From Hadesarchaea archaeon (GTDB lineage Archaea > Hadarchaeota > Hadarchaeia > Hadarchaeales > Hadarchaeaceae), in assembly GCA_029880065.1 (NCBI GenBank), contig JAOUPD010000001.1, forward strand, positions 1 to 46,713: DNA of 46,713 bases, in the 5' to 3' direction. Shown piece after piece: positions 21,874-30,540 of this stretch (position 1 is its first letter; every line of letters begins with the position of its first letter). Under the pieces are notes generated by a model. The model saw only the letters and a list, made by a program, of their open reading frames with translations. It had not been told where the DNA came from and ran no database searches. The translations under genes and the position numbers were made by a program.

Positions 21874-22263
21874 TTAACCTTCCTGAATCCAACCGTCTAT
21901 TGCAAGATGAGACTTCTGTCGTAAATATATTACTGGAACCCCACAACGCCGGAGCTCCTTCCGCAAAGCTGCGTCTGTTGTTCCCACCACATAGCCTCCC
22001 TTGATCGCCAATTTCAAAATTACTTTATCCGCTGCGCCTTTGACCTTTGTGACCTTCCCACGTTTAGCTAGAATCAATCCAATTTTGGCTGCCGTCTGCT
22101 CCTTTGGCTTGCCCCGCTCGGAGATTCGCCTAAGCTCTTGAAGGACTGGACTTGTGATAACGAGTTCATGGGGTTGTTCAAGCAACCTGTCGAGCTCCCC
22201 CACGATATCCACGCTAAACATACCGGGAATCATAAGGAAGCTCGTGTCTGCGATGACCTGCAA
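21874..22263 (-). CDS. PIN domain protein (Fcf1/Utp24-like housekeeping PIN)
   Basis: 129 aa. Acidic PIN residues (VIADTSFL..., TTDAALRKEL). Conserved placement directly downstream of aIF2-gamma. No antitoxin-like partner. TTG start. Confidence 0.6.
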   Translation of the reverse strand: MQVIADTSFLMIPGMFSVDIVGELDRLLEQPHELVITSPVLQELRRISERGKPKEQTAAKIGLILAKRGKVTKVKGAADKVILKLAIKGGYVVGTTDAALRKELRRCGVPVIYLRQKSHLAIDGWIQEG

Positions 22264-22275
22264 CCAACTCCCCCG

Positions 22276-23490
22276 TCAACTTATGATGCCGTAGCCGATC
22301 AGACGCCACCTTCCAACGACGCGTCGACTCAGTGCGACCCGGGCCCCTTGATCGGCGCAGACTGGTAGCTTGAGTTTGATGGTAGCTCGGTCCCCTCTGG
22401 CACTTGAAACCGTGCCTACGGTCATCGCCGTCCCCACGTTCAACATCAAGGACTCACTCGTGACCAAGGGTTTTATCTCAAGCTCCTTGGGAAGTCCGAC
22501 GACGCGCTTCATCAGGTAGACCTCGAAATCGACCGTCTCCAGCACCTCGGGCAAGCTTCCAGACGCCCCTGCCATCGAGCCCACGAGTGAATCACCTTTG
22601 GTCAGCGAGGGATCAAGCTCGGTGCCCACGCCGATGAGACCACCCGGCACAGCTTCCTCAATCCGGCTTTTCCCCGCGTGCAGGCTCACTATCTTTGAGT
22701 CCAAGTGTTGCCACGTAGTCCTTCCCTCCCGGCTCACTCGTATGCCGGGGCGGATCTCTATCCCCTCGCCCTCACGAAGCTTTCCTTGGAGGAGCGAGCC
22801 GCCCAAGACCCCGCCGACCAATTTTTCTGGCTTGGCGCCCGGATGATTAACGTCGAAGGAGCGGGCGACGTGCATCCGCGCGGGCTTCGAGAGATCTCGC
22901 TTTGGGGTTGGGATGTGCTCCTCGATTGCTTGAATCAGCTTATCGATATTCGCGCGGTGAATGGCGGATATCGGGATCACGGGAGCATCGGCGGCGAAGG
23001 TGCCCGAGAGGAACTCCTTAATCTGCTGGTAATTCTGCATCACTTTCTCTCGCGAGACGAGCTCGATTTTATTTTGCACCACCACGACATTGCGCACCCC
23101 AATGAGACTGAGGGCCATCAAGTGTTCTTTCGTTTGGGGCTGGGGGCAGGGCTCGTTCGCCGCTATCACGAGCATTGCTCCGTCCATGATCGCTGCACCC
23201 GAGATCATCGTGGCCATGAGCATCTCGTGCCCTGGAGCATCAACGAACGAGACGCGGCGAAGGAATTCCGTCTGGGCCCCGCAGAAAGGGCACTTCTCCT
23301 CGGTGCTGTACCGCTTGCACTCGGGACACCTCATGAACGAAGTATCTGCATATCCTAAACGAATCGAGATGCCCCGACGGATCTCCTCGCTGTGCACATC
23401 GGTCCAAATACCTGAAAGCGCTTCCGTAAGAGTGGTCTTCCCGTGATCGATATGTCCAACGAGGCCTATGTTAACGACGGCTTGAGTCAT
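22276..23490 (-). CDS. eif2g: Translation initiation factor aIF2 gamma subunit
   Basis: [17 protein letters not shown]1, a zinc knuckle CPECK...CPFCG, DAPGHE, NKIE. ATG 23490 is preferred over GTG 23520. Confidence 0.9.
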   Translation of the reverse strand: MTQAVVNIGLVGHIDHGKTTLTEALSGIWTDVHSEEIRRGISIRLGYADTSFMRCPECKRYSTEEKCPFCGAQTEFLRRVSFVDAPGHEMLMATMISGAAIMDGAMLVIAANEPCPQPQTKEHLMALSLIGVRNVVVVQNKIELVSREKVMQNYQQIKEFLSGTFAADAPVIPISAIHRANIDKLIQAIEEHIPTPKRDLSKPARMHVARSFDVNHPGAKPEKLVGGVLGGSLLQGKLREGEGIEIRPGIRVSREGRTTWQHLDSKIVSLHAGKSRIEEAVPGGLIGVGTELDPSLTKGDSLVGSMAGASGSLPEVLETVDFEVYLMKRVVGLPKELEIKPLVTSESLMLNVGTAMTVGTVSSARGDRATIKLKLPVCADQGARVALSRRVVGRWRLIGYGIIS

Positions 23491-23604
23491 TTGGATACCT
23501 TGCTCAAATTTTCTGCTCACCAGATATAAAACGCGCAGGCTTCGACTAGAACGCGCGCGACGTTTTTACTGAAACATGTGAAAGCGTGACTCCTTACCTG
23601 TCGA

Positions 23605-24006
23605 TTAGGTTGCCTTCGCCTCAGCTTCCTTTGGGAGCAAGAACTCCTCGATGGGCTTTTCCCCGCGTTTCACGATTTTCGCGTTGACCTGCACGATTGC
23701 ATCGGAGATTCTCGAACCCCGAACTCGCTTTCGGCGGCGCTCCCCCCTCCTTCGCGGAGAAAATCCAGGGCCACCAGCCAGCAAGACGCTCGTTCGCCCT
23801 GGACCGTAGATATCTGGGCGCATGGGGAAGCCATCTTCGTCGGTGCCGCCCGTGAGCTGGAGTTCGTAGCTCGGGAGCCCCACGACCGCTCCGTCGAACT
23901 TGTCCCCTATCCGAAGCCCAACCAGCTTTCGAGCATCCGGCTCACGAGCCTCGAGGGGATAACCCTTACCCGTCTCGGGGTCAGCGACCACGACCTTGAA
24001 AACCAT
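23605..24006 (-). CDS. rps6e: 30S ribosomal protein S6e
   Basis: MVFKVVVADPETGKGY...LTGGTDEDGFPMRPD...RRRGERRRKRVRG is the typical eS6 pattern. Confidence 0.9.
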   Translation of the reverse strand: MVFKVVVADPETGKGYPLEAREPDARKLVGLRIGDKFDGAVVGLPSYELQLTGGTDEDGFPMRPDIYGPGRTSVLLAGGPGFSPRRRGERRRKRVRGSRISDAIVQVNAKIVKRGEKPIEEFLLPKEAEAKAT

Positions 24007-24114
24007 CACATCACTCCGTAATCATGAAACAGCTAAATTATCCCTTCACCAGTTCATAAGACTTTCTGGAGTTCTCGCTAGATCAGGAAAAACAGGTAAT
24101 TAACTTTTTTCCGA

Positions 24115-25974
24115 CTACATCACCCCATACGTCGGATCTTCACGCTGTTTAATCGCAATTATCTCATCCAATACCGCTAGCTCATCGCCCGAAAGCAGGC
24201 CCCGTAGATCCCGCTTCAGGGCGATCACGTGCTCTCTTGGAACATCCGTGTACAAAATATCGTCCTCCTGAACGTTGCGCCCGACCACCCCGCCCTCGAT
24301 CGATATCGCGAGCTCGTCCCCCAGCTTCGCCTCCTGCACCGATCGCTTCTCCTTTTGTAACTCGCGAATGGTGCCGACCGAGCGCCCGTCCCTGCGCATG
24401 AGCGGATACTTTGGCCTGAGCACTCCCCCTAGCACGTCTACCCCAACAATTGTGGGGTGGCTACGCCTGAAAATATAACCAGGTTTCAGCGCGAACTTCC
24501 CTGGCCTGACATAAACCTCGAGACGCTTCGCCCGAATCTCCTCGCGCTTTTGTTTCGCCCAATCTTCGTAGCTATCCAAGAGCTTGTAGATGATCTCATC
24601 ATGCAGCACGGGCACTCCCTCGCGCTCTGCCTCGGTCTGCGCATCGGGTAAGATTTTCACGTTGAATGCCAGCACCACTCCAAGAAGTGGATCACTCTTC
24701 ACCACGCTCGCTGCCTCGACCACATCACGTCTCGAAACGTCGCCAATATCTGCACGGCGGATGGGTATGTCCTTCGCTTTGAGTTGACCTTCAAGCGCTT
24801 CAAGCGAGCCCAAAGCATCTGCCTTGAGCACGACCCCATTGACATCCGTGCTTATTCGAATGCGCTCCATCTCTTGCTGAAGCTCCTGCCAAAGTTTTTC
24901 CGCCTCTGATGTATCCTTGATCGCCCAGAGCGGGGCTCCGGCTACGACTCCCTCGAGATTGGGTGCTGCGACTTTAACTCCGGCCGCCGCGGACACTCGC
25001 TCGACCGGTTTGAACTTGTCTTCGGGATCACGAATCTCGTCGAGCGGCTTCGGCTGGAGTAGAGCGCGGACCTTCGAGATAATCACCTTGTCGAGCCCTC
25101 CGACGGCAAAGGTATTTCCCTTTGCGAACGTACCATCATACAAAATAACGTCGATGGCCTTCCCCAGCCCGACCTCCTCTTTCACCTCAAGCACAGTCCC
25201 CCGCGCCGGACCCGTCACCTCAATCACCAACTCCTTTTCGAGAAATCGCTGCGCCAATCCAGCCAACATAGTAAGCACCTCGGGTACCCCTTCACCCGTC
25301 TTGGCGCTTGCCGGGACGATGCTAACTTGCTTTCGAAAATCACTCACTCGGTCGAAGCGTTCGGCTTCAAAGCCCAGCTCGTGGAGTTTGCCGACCAGCT
25401 CGTAAATCTTGTCGTCGAGCGCGCCCTGCACCTCGACGCGCTGGCGGGCGAACGAGTCACGAAAGCATGCTTTGGGAGAGGGCTGCCACCACGGCAAAAG
25501 ATCGATTTTGTTCGCGACAAGCATGAAGGGAGTTTTGTACGATTTCAAAATCGTCAGCGATTCAAGCGTCTGGGGCATGAAGCCTTCGTTGATGTCGACG
25601 ACCAAAGCAGCGAGGTCGGCGAGCGCCCCTCCGCGGCGGCGCAGGTTAGTAAATGCCTCGTGCCCGGGGGTGTCAATAAAAAGCAACCCGGGGAGAGTCA
25701 TCTTTATTTTGAACTCCTTGAGAAGAGCACCACAAATTTGTTTGATGGTTTCCGCTGGGACTTCGGTCGCCCCTATGTGCTGAGAAATTCCACCTGACTC
25801 TCTGGACGCGACTGCCGTGCCCCTGATGCTGTCTAACAATAAGGTCTTGCCGTGATCGACGTGCCCAAGCACCGAAATTATGGGCTGGCGGACTTTTCTC
25901 CCGACCATCTTCATCGCCTCGTTTTTAACATGCACTTGCTTTTGATTTAAACTGGAGCGCTTTGATGCACCCAT
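24115..25974 (-). CDS. infB: Translation initiation factor aIF5B (IF2-like GTPase)
   Basis: RQPIISVLGHVDHGKTLLLD, DTPGHEAF, NKID. About 600 aa with the beta-barrel and C-terminal domains. No intein-sized insertion. Confidence 0.9.
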   Translation of the reverse strand: MGASKRSSLNQKQVHVKNEAMKMVGRKVRQPIISVLGHVDHGKTLLLDSIRGTAVASRESGGISQHIGATEVPAETIKQICGALLKEFKIKMTLPGLLFIDTPGHEAFTNLRRRGGALADLAALVVDINEGFMPQTLESLTILKSYKTPFMLVANKIDLLPWWQPSPKACFRDSFARQRVEVQGALDDKIYELVGKLHELGFEAERFDRVSDFRKQVSIVPASAKTGEGVPEVLTMLAGLAQRFLEKELVIEVTGPARGTVLEVKEEVGLGKAIDVILYDGTFAKGNTFAVGGLDKVIISKVRALLQPKPLDEIRDPEDKFKPVERVSAAAGVKVAAPNLEGVVAGAPLWAIKDTSEAEKLWQELQQEMERIRISTDVNGVVLKADALGSLEALEGQLKAKDIPIRRADIGDVSRRDVVEAASVVKSDPLLGVVLAFNVKILPDAQTEAEREGVPVLHDEIIYKLLDSYEDWAKQKREEIRAKRLEVYVRPGKFALKPGYIFRRSHPTIVGVDVLGGVLRPKYPLMRRDGRSVGTIRELQKEKRSVQEAKLGDELAISIEGGVVGRNVQEDDILYTDVPREHVIALKRDLRGLLSGDELAVLDEIIAIKQREDPTYGVM

Positions 25975-26071
25975 TTTGAAAAAAATTAATTCTCGGGGCT
26001 AAGGCTACAATAGGAGGATATTTACCAAATGAACTCAGAAAGTATTTAAAGAATGTCGAAACTTACTACAT

Positions 26072-26551
26072 GTGCTTATTATGCAGAAAGAACGAGAAAT
26101 TCCAAAAAAGAAACCCAAGGTTCCGATCGGTCTTCCGGTTGTTGTTTGTCCAGACTGCTACAAACCAATGGAACTCTTGGGGAAAGTAGACGTAGATAAA
26201 GAAGAGAGAACCCTTTTCAAAAAACGAACTAGATCAGTCCCACACATTGAATTTCGCTGCCCCGATTGTGGGATGGAATGGAAGGAGTCGCTCGAACGAA
26301 GAGGAGGAGGATGTTTTATCGCAACGGCGACTTTTGGAACTCCTATGGCACATGAGGTAAACATACTCAGGAGATTCAGGGACGTATTTCTATTACAAAA
26401 TCGCACGGGGGAAATGTTTGTTCGCGCATACTACAAGTTATCTCCTCCAATAGCCCGCACGATTGAAAAATCTGAAATGCTGCGGCGTTTCGTGAGAATT
26501 CTATTAACTCCTATCGTGAAGCTATTCAACTTGATCTATGGGAAACACTGA
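26072..26551 (+). CDS. Zinc-ribbon protein with C-terminal CFIATA-motif module (unknown function)
   Basis: CPDC-x34-CPDC ribbon, then GGGCFIATATFGTPMAHEVNILRRFRDVFLL..G..FVRAYYKLSPPIA. Start is GTG 26072 or ATG 26081. Confidence 0.55.
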   Translation: MLIMQKEREIPKKKPKVPIGLPVVVCPDCYKPMELLGKVDVDKEERTLFKKRTRSVPHIEFRCPDCGMEWKESLERRGGGCFIATATFGTPMAHEVNILRRFRDVFLLQNRTGEMFVRAYYKLSPPIARTIEKSEMLRRFVRILLTPIVKLFNLIYGKH

Positions 26552-26619
26552 GGGCAAGTTTCTTATCGGCTATTCTTGAAACAAATGGGAGCTACAAACA
26601 TCAAAAATTAAAATTACCT

Positions 26620-27591
26620 TTATCCTAAGTAAATAGGCAAAGCTTCATTGTCTTCTTGTTGGTAGAGTGGTGTTTCGTAAAACATATCCTCAAAGGCTTC
26701 TGGTGGGGGAGGTTCAATCTTGACTACTTCTGCTTCCGCATATTCGATTCCAGCCAATTCGCAAGCTTGCTTGATTGTGTCTTCCACATCTCCAAGTTTG
26801 TCCACAAGCCCAAGCTCGAAGGCTTTATTGCCGTTGAACCACCCTCCCTCAACCAGGACATACCAAGGATTCTCGATGTTCTCCTCCACGTTCTCGATTT
26901 TCTCCCTCATAAGCTCAGTTTCTTCTATCACTATGTTGAAGAATGAATTTTTGGCCTCCTCGACTTTAAGCCTCAAAAATCCCCGCTCGTTTTCGTCTAG
27001 AACTCCATCCTCCCAGAGGGTTTTGAATTTCCCGGAAGAAATAGCAGTAATCTCCTCAACATTTTCCGGCTCCACAGGAACTGGCTCGCCAAGCTCTATG
27101 TACACTCCGATGCTTCCAACTTCGGAAAATGGATGCGCAACTATCATATCGGCTCCCAAAGAGACCAAGTATGAACCAGATGCCGCTGCCCCTCTAACAA
27201 ACGCTACAACTGGCTTTTCAAAACGCTTGACCATCGAATACATCTCGTAACTAGCTGTTGCATACCCCCCAGGCGAATCCACGACTAAAACAACAGCCTT
27301 AATACTAGTATCTCTCCTGGCATTCTCAAGTGATCTCTGAAGTTCCCCAGTAGTGGTATAAAATATGGATTCTTCGCCAGTTGTGAGTTCACCTCGTAGT
27401 TCGATTACGGCTATCTTATTTTTTTGGGGAAGTGCGGGCATAACTAAAGCCCAGAATATCGAAATTACGGCTACCGATACAACTATGACCCCAGCGATGA
27501 TCTTTAGTCTTCTACCTACCGCCTTTTTACTTTCCCGTAAAATTTTCCTTTGCTTTCTCGTATTATCAGCCCCCCTTATTTTTCCTCTCAA
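26620..27591 (-). CDS. sppA: Signal peptide peptidase SppA (S49 family, 36K type)
   Basis: N-terminal TM anchor, VVLVVDSPGG, catalytic-region AAASGSYLVSLGADMIVAHP, GSIGV. TTG track start, so the exact start is uncertain. Confidence 0.8.
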   Translation of the reverse strand: MRGKIRGADNTRKQRKILRESKKAVGRRLKIIAGVIVVSVAVISIFWALVMPALPQKNKIAVIELRGELTTGEESIFYTTTGELQRSLENARRDTSIKAVVLVVDSPGGYATASYEMYSMVKRFEKPVVAFVRGAAASGSYLVSLGADMIVAHPFSEVGSIGVYIELGEPVPVEPENVEEITAISSGKFKTLWEDGVLDENERGFLRLKVEEAKNSFFNIVIEETELMREKIENVEENIENPWYVLVEGGWFNGNKAFELGLVDKLGDVEDTIKQACELAGIEYAEAEVVKIEPPPPEAFEDMFYETPLYQQEDNEALPIYLG

Positions 27592-27903
27592 TTGTTAAAA
27601 GCTCTTTCTTTAATTAAGTTCATGACCCAATTAAACTGCCAATTTTCCAACCCCAAAAATAGTGCAATCTGAGCATTTTTGTACAAAAAGGCGCGGTAGA
27701 ATAGCTAGAAGTAAATTTAGTCAAGTATAAATTAATAAATGTAGCAGTCTAGTCCTTTCAGATGAGTTCAAAATCTAGAAAGACTTTAGTTAATGGAGAT
27801 TTGATTTACGTTTAATTCCAGATTCATTTAGTGGATATTCAATATCAAAGTTAACTTTTCCTAAATCATTCTTTTTTTAAAATCAATTGTCCCATGGCTT
27901 AGT

Positions 27904-28362
27904 TTAATATCTTCTTCTGCTACTGTCTCTGTGTTCGCCTCTGAATCCGCCGCCGTACCTCGGCCTGGACCCTCCGCGCTCCTGCTCCGCAGCGCTGACA
28001 TCGATCTCCGTGTTGACATTGGGTATCTCCTTGTCGGATTTTGTCATCTTGCCGTATTTCCCGACATTGAAGTGCATGTGTCCCCGCACGAGCGAAACGT
28101 ATCCATTTTCTATAGACAGGACATCGCCCTCCTTGACCGACCCGATCTGTTCCTGCCACAGGGAGAGGATAATTGTCCCGGTTTCGTCGCCCACTCTGGC
28201 CTCCGCCACCCTCTTTGCTTCTCCACCAAATCTGTTGGGGATCTCTTTTGGCTCCCCGACGCCCATGACCTTTACCAGCACGTTTGCCTTATTCGACCTA
28301 GGCGTCAAATCCTTTACTTTCGTTGTCCCTACTGGGGAGCCGCTTTCTATTTCTCCTTCCAT
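27904..28362 (-). CDS. ssb: Single-stranded DNA-binding protein (single OB fold, crenarchaeal SSB type) with RGG-like tail
   Basis: OB-fold pattern (ANVLVKVMGVGEPKE...GDETGTIILSLWQEQIGSVKEGDVLSIENGYVSLVRGHMHFNVGKYG). Tail RGGSRPRYGGGFRGEHRDSSRRRY. ATG 28362 (GAAGGA upstream) is preferred over 28425. Confidence 0.7.
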   Translation of the reverse strand: MEGEIESGSPVGTTKVKDLTPRSNKANVLVKVMGVGEPKEIPNRFGGEAKRVAEARVGDETGTIILSLWQEQIGSVKEGDVLSIENGYVSLVRGHMHFNVGKYGKMTKSDKEIPNVNTEIDVSAAEQERGGSRPRYGGGFRGEHRDSSRRRY

Positions 28363-28551
28363 GAATATCCTTCTCTTATAGGGTGTACTACCATAAATAA
28401 TGAATAATGCATGAAACTTTTCCATTCCAACGTCCTTGGTTGCTTATGGCGGTCAAAAGTGAGATGAGCCAGTTGGTCGCGTTGACCGCGAAGGAGATAG
28501 TGTAACCGAAATGGGCAAGTACAACATACCAACTAATTTATGGGGTAGGAA

Positions 28552-29091
28552 ATGATGGAGGTAAAAACTAAAATCCAAAATATCGTGCTCTCGGTCACGT
28601 ACGAGGACACAGAGTTTAACCTCGAGAAGTTGGCCAGGTCGCTAGATGGCGCAGTCTATGACCCGGAGAGTTTTCCTGGCGTTGTCTATAAAGCCGAAAA
28701 CCCTCGAGCATCTTTTTTGATCTTCGCATCGGGAAAGATGAACTGCGTCGGCGCTAGGAGCATGAAAGATGCTAACCAAGCAATAAGAAAGCTGACCAGA
28801 AAGCTCAGGGAGGCACACATAAAGGTGAAAACGGAGCCAAAAATCAAGGTTCAGAATATCGTGGCATCCGTTGACTTCGGCAGGAAATTCGATCTCGAGC
28901 ATATAGCTCGTAGTTTCGAGAACACCGAATATGAACCGGAGGTTTTTCCAGGCCTCGTGTTCAGACTCTACGATCCCAAGGCGGTGTTGTTGCTATTCGT
29001 ATCGGGCAAGGGTGTCTGCGCCGGGGCGAAAAGCATGAAAGATGTAAAAAGAGCGGCTCAAAAAACAAGCAAAATCCTCCACCGACATTAA
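28552..29091 (+). CDS. tbp: TATA-box binding protein
   Basis: Two direct repeats (IQNIVLSV...LE..A......YDPE.FPGVVYK / VQNIVASVD...LEHIA...NTEYEPEVFPGLVFRL), 179 aa. Confidence 0.95.
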   Translation: MMEVKTKIQNIVLSVTYEDTEFNLEKLARSLDGAVYDPESFPGVVYKAENPRASFLIFASGKMNCVGARSMKDANQAIRKLTRKLREAHIKVKTEPKIKVQNIVASVDFGRKFDLEHIARSFENTEYEPEVFPGLVFRLYDPKAVLLLFVSGKGVCAGAKSMKDVKRAAQKTSKILHRH

Positions 29092-29230
29092 AACCCCAAT
29101 CCCAGAAAGAAACCGCTCTAATCCGATTTTTACATGTTATACGCTTGGAGAGTGCTCGGATTGGCTGGAAGGGTGTGCCAACGTGCTCGGATGGGTATAT
29201 TTCATGCCCCCAACTAGGAACTATAAAAAG

Positions 29231-29677
29231 TTAAATTTTAACCTTGCTTGAATGCTCATAAGAGAGAATCTCAGGCTTCTCAAAGAAAATTCGCATCTCC
29301 CGTTCAGCGCTTTCTGCGGAATCTGCAGCGTGAATGACATTCTCCGTGATGCTCGACCCGAAGTCACTTCGAATCGTTCCTTTCGCGGCCTTGGTCGGGT
29401 CGGTGACACCCGAAAGCTCACGCATTCGCGCTATCGCGTTTTCTCCCTCGACCAGCATCACGACCACCTCGCCCGAAAGCACGTGCTCGACCAAGCGCTC
29501 GAAGAAATCCTTCCCCCGATGCACCGAGTAAAGCTCTTCTGCAAGCCTCCTGTCGAGCCTCATCCGACGCATCGAAACTATTTTTAGACCAGCCTTCTCG
29601 ACCCGCGCGGCTATTTCATCGGTCAGGCCATTTGCCACTCCATCTGGCTTCACCATGACGAATGTTCGCTCCCTCAA
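29231..29677 (-). CDS. ndk: Nucleoside diphosphate kinase
   Basis: ERTFVMVKPDGV, catalytic NVIHAADS. Proposed TTG start at 29677 overlaps the rpl24e TGA (TTGA) and gives a typical 148 aa. The track ORF to 29770 would overlap rpl24e by 97 nt. Confidence 0.85.
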   Translation of the reverse strand: MRERTFVMVKPDGVANGLTDEIAARVEKAGLKIVSMRRMRLDRRLAEELYSVHRGKDFFERLVEHVLSGEVVVMLVEGENAIARMRELSGVTDPTKAAKGTIRSDFGSSITENVIHAADSAESAEREMRIFFEKPEILSYEHSSKVKI

Positions 29678-29865
29678 GCCTTTCCCCTCACCTTTCGGGA
29701 GCGCTCGGTCCACTTCACGCGGTGCGGCTTCCGCCCCAGCCCGAGGTTTCGCTCGCACTTGCTCGAGCACAGGAACAAAATCGACCCATCTCGCCGAACG
29801 GACATCAAGCCAGTGCCAGGCTCAACCCGCCCACCGCAGAAGGAGCACTTTCGCGCGACCGGCAT
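29674..29865 (-). CDS. rpl24e: 50S ribosomal protein L24e
   Basis: MPVARKCSFCGGRVEPGTGLMSVRRDGSILFLCSSKCERN is the eL24 zinc-ribbon N-domain. Confidence 0.9.
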   Translation of the reverse strand: MPVARKCSFCGGRVEPGTGLMSVRRDGSILFLCSSKCERNLGLGRKPHRVKWTERSRKVRGKA

Positions 29866-30084
29866 TTAAGGCACCCTGATCTCCTTCGCCTCTCGCTCGG
29901 TCTCGCGGAGCATGAGGATATCGCCCACGCGTACCGGCCCCTTGACGTTACGGGTTATGATGCGCCCCTTGTCTCGCCCATCGAGCACACGGCACTTGAC
30001 CTGCAAAATCTCTCCAGTTACGCCTGTGCGCGTTCGAATCTCGATTACCTCGGCCGGGAAGCCGAACTCCCCCTCAGCTGGCAT
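29866..30084 (-). CDS. rps28e: 30S ribosomal protein S28e
   Basis: [58 protein letters not shown] is the eS28 pattern. Its stop abuts the rpl24e ATG. Confidence 0.9.
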   Translation of the reverse strand: MPAEGEFGFPAEVIEIRTRTGVTGEILQVKCRVLDGRDKGRIITRNVKGPVRVGDILMLRETEREAKEIRVP

Positions 30085-30088
30085 TGGC

Positions 30089-30493
30089 TCACTTCTTCAG
30101 CTCGCGGATTCGCTCGACTATTTCCTTTACAACTGCCGTCGCTTGTCCGGCTTCGGCTATCGTAATAGCTGCTGCCCCTATATCTATGCCTGCTGCTGCC
30201 CCGAGTTCTCGCTTATTGGGGACGTAAATATAGGGGACTCCCTTCTCATCGCAAAGCGGGGGCAAGTGAGCGACGATCTCAGCTGGCTCGACGTCCTCAG
30301 CTATAATTACTAGCGCGGCCTGCTTCCGCTCGACTGCCTTGGTTGTCTCGTTCGTACCCTTCCGAAGTTTTCCCGTATCTCGCGCGCTCTCGATTGCCTC
30401 GTAAGCTTTATCCGCCAGCTCCTTCGGCACCTCAAATCTCACGTAAATTGGTCTGGCCACCTTAAACACCTCCCTCAGCTTCACCTTCATCAT
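30089..30493 (-). CDS. rpl7ae: 50S ribosomal protein L7Ae (K-turn binding protein)
   Basis: [56 protein letters not shown] is the canonical L7Ae core. Confidence 0.95.
   Translation of the reverse strand: MMKVKLREVFKVARPIYVRFEVPKELADKAYEAIESARDTGKLRKGTNETTKAVERKQAALVIIAEDVEPAEIVAHLPPLCDEKGVPYIYVPNKRELGAAAGIDIGAAAITIAEAGQATAVVKEIVERIRELKK
30475..30493 (-). promoter_or_regulatory. Box C / box D-like motif pair spanning the rpl7ae start codons (possible K-turn/K-loop)
   Basis: The mRNA sense reads AUGAUGA-AGGUGAAG-CUGA. AUGAUGA fits RUGAUGA and CUGA fits box D, 8 nt apart, and the pair coincides with the two ATG codons. The structure was not computed. Confidence 0.25.
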
Positions 30494-30540
30494 TCATAGG
30501 TTGTGACCTGTATCATAAGGGGCCTAGTTGGTATTTTAAT

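Noticed and set aside
21874-22263. The PIN-domain gene considered as a VapC toxin of a toxin-antitoxin pair.
   Set aside because: There is no small upstream antitoxin ORF. The gene occupies the conserved archaeal position immediately downstream of aIF2-gamma, as expected for the Fcf1/Utp24-like housekeeping PIN protein.
27820-27850. ttccagattcatttagtggata considered as an origin recognition box marking a replication origin.
   Set aside because: It is a single imperfect match with an interrupted core. There are no inverted ORB pair and no adjacent orc1/cdc6 gene in the window. It is kept only as a note within the AT-rich spacer finding.
29678-29770. Upstream ATG start for ndk, which overlaps rpl24e by 97 nt.
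   Set aside because: The extra 31 residues (MLEQVRAKPRAGAEAAPREV...) have no NDK counterpart and are the alternative-frame reading of rpl24e. The TTG at the TTGA junction gives a standard-length NDK.
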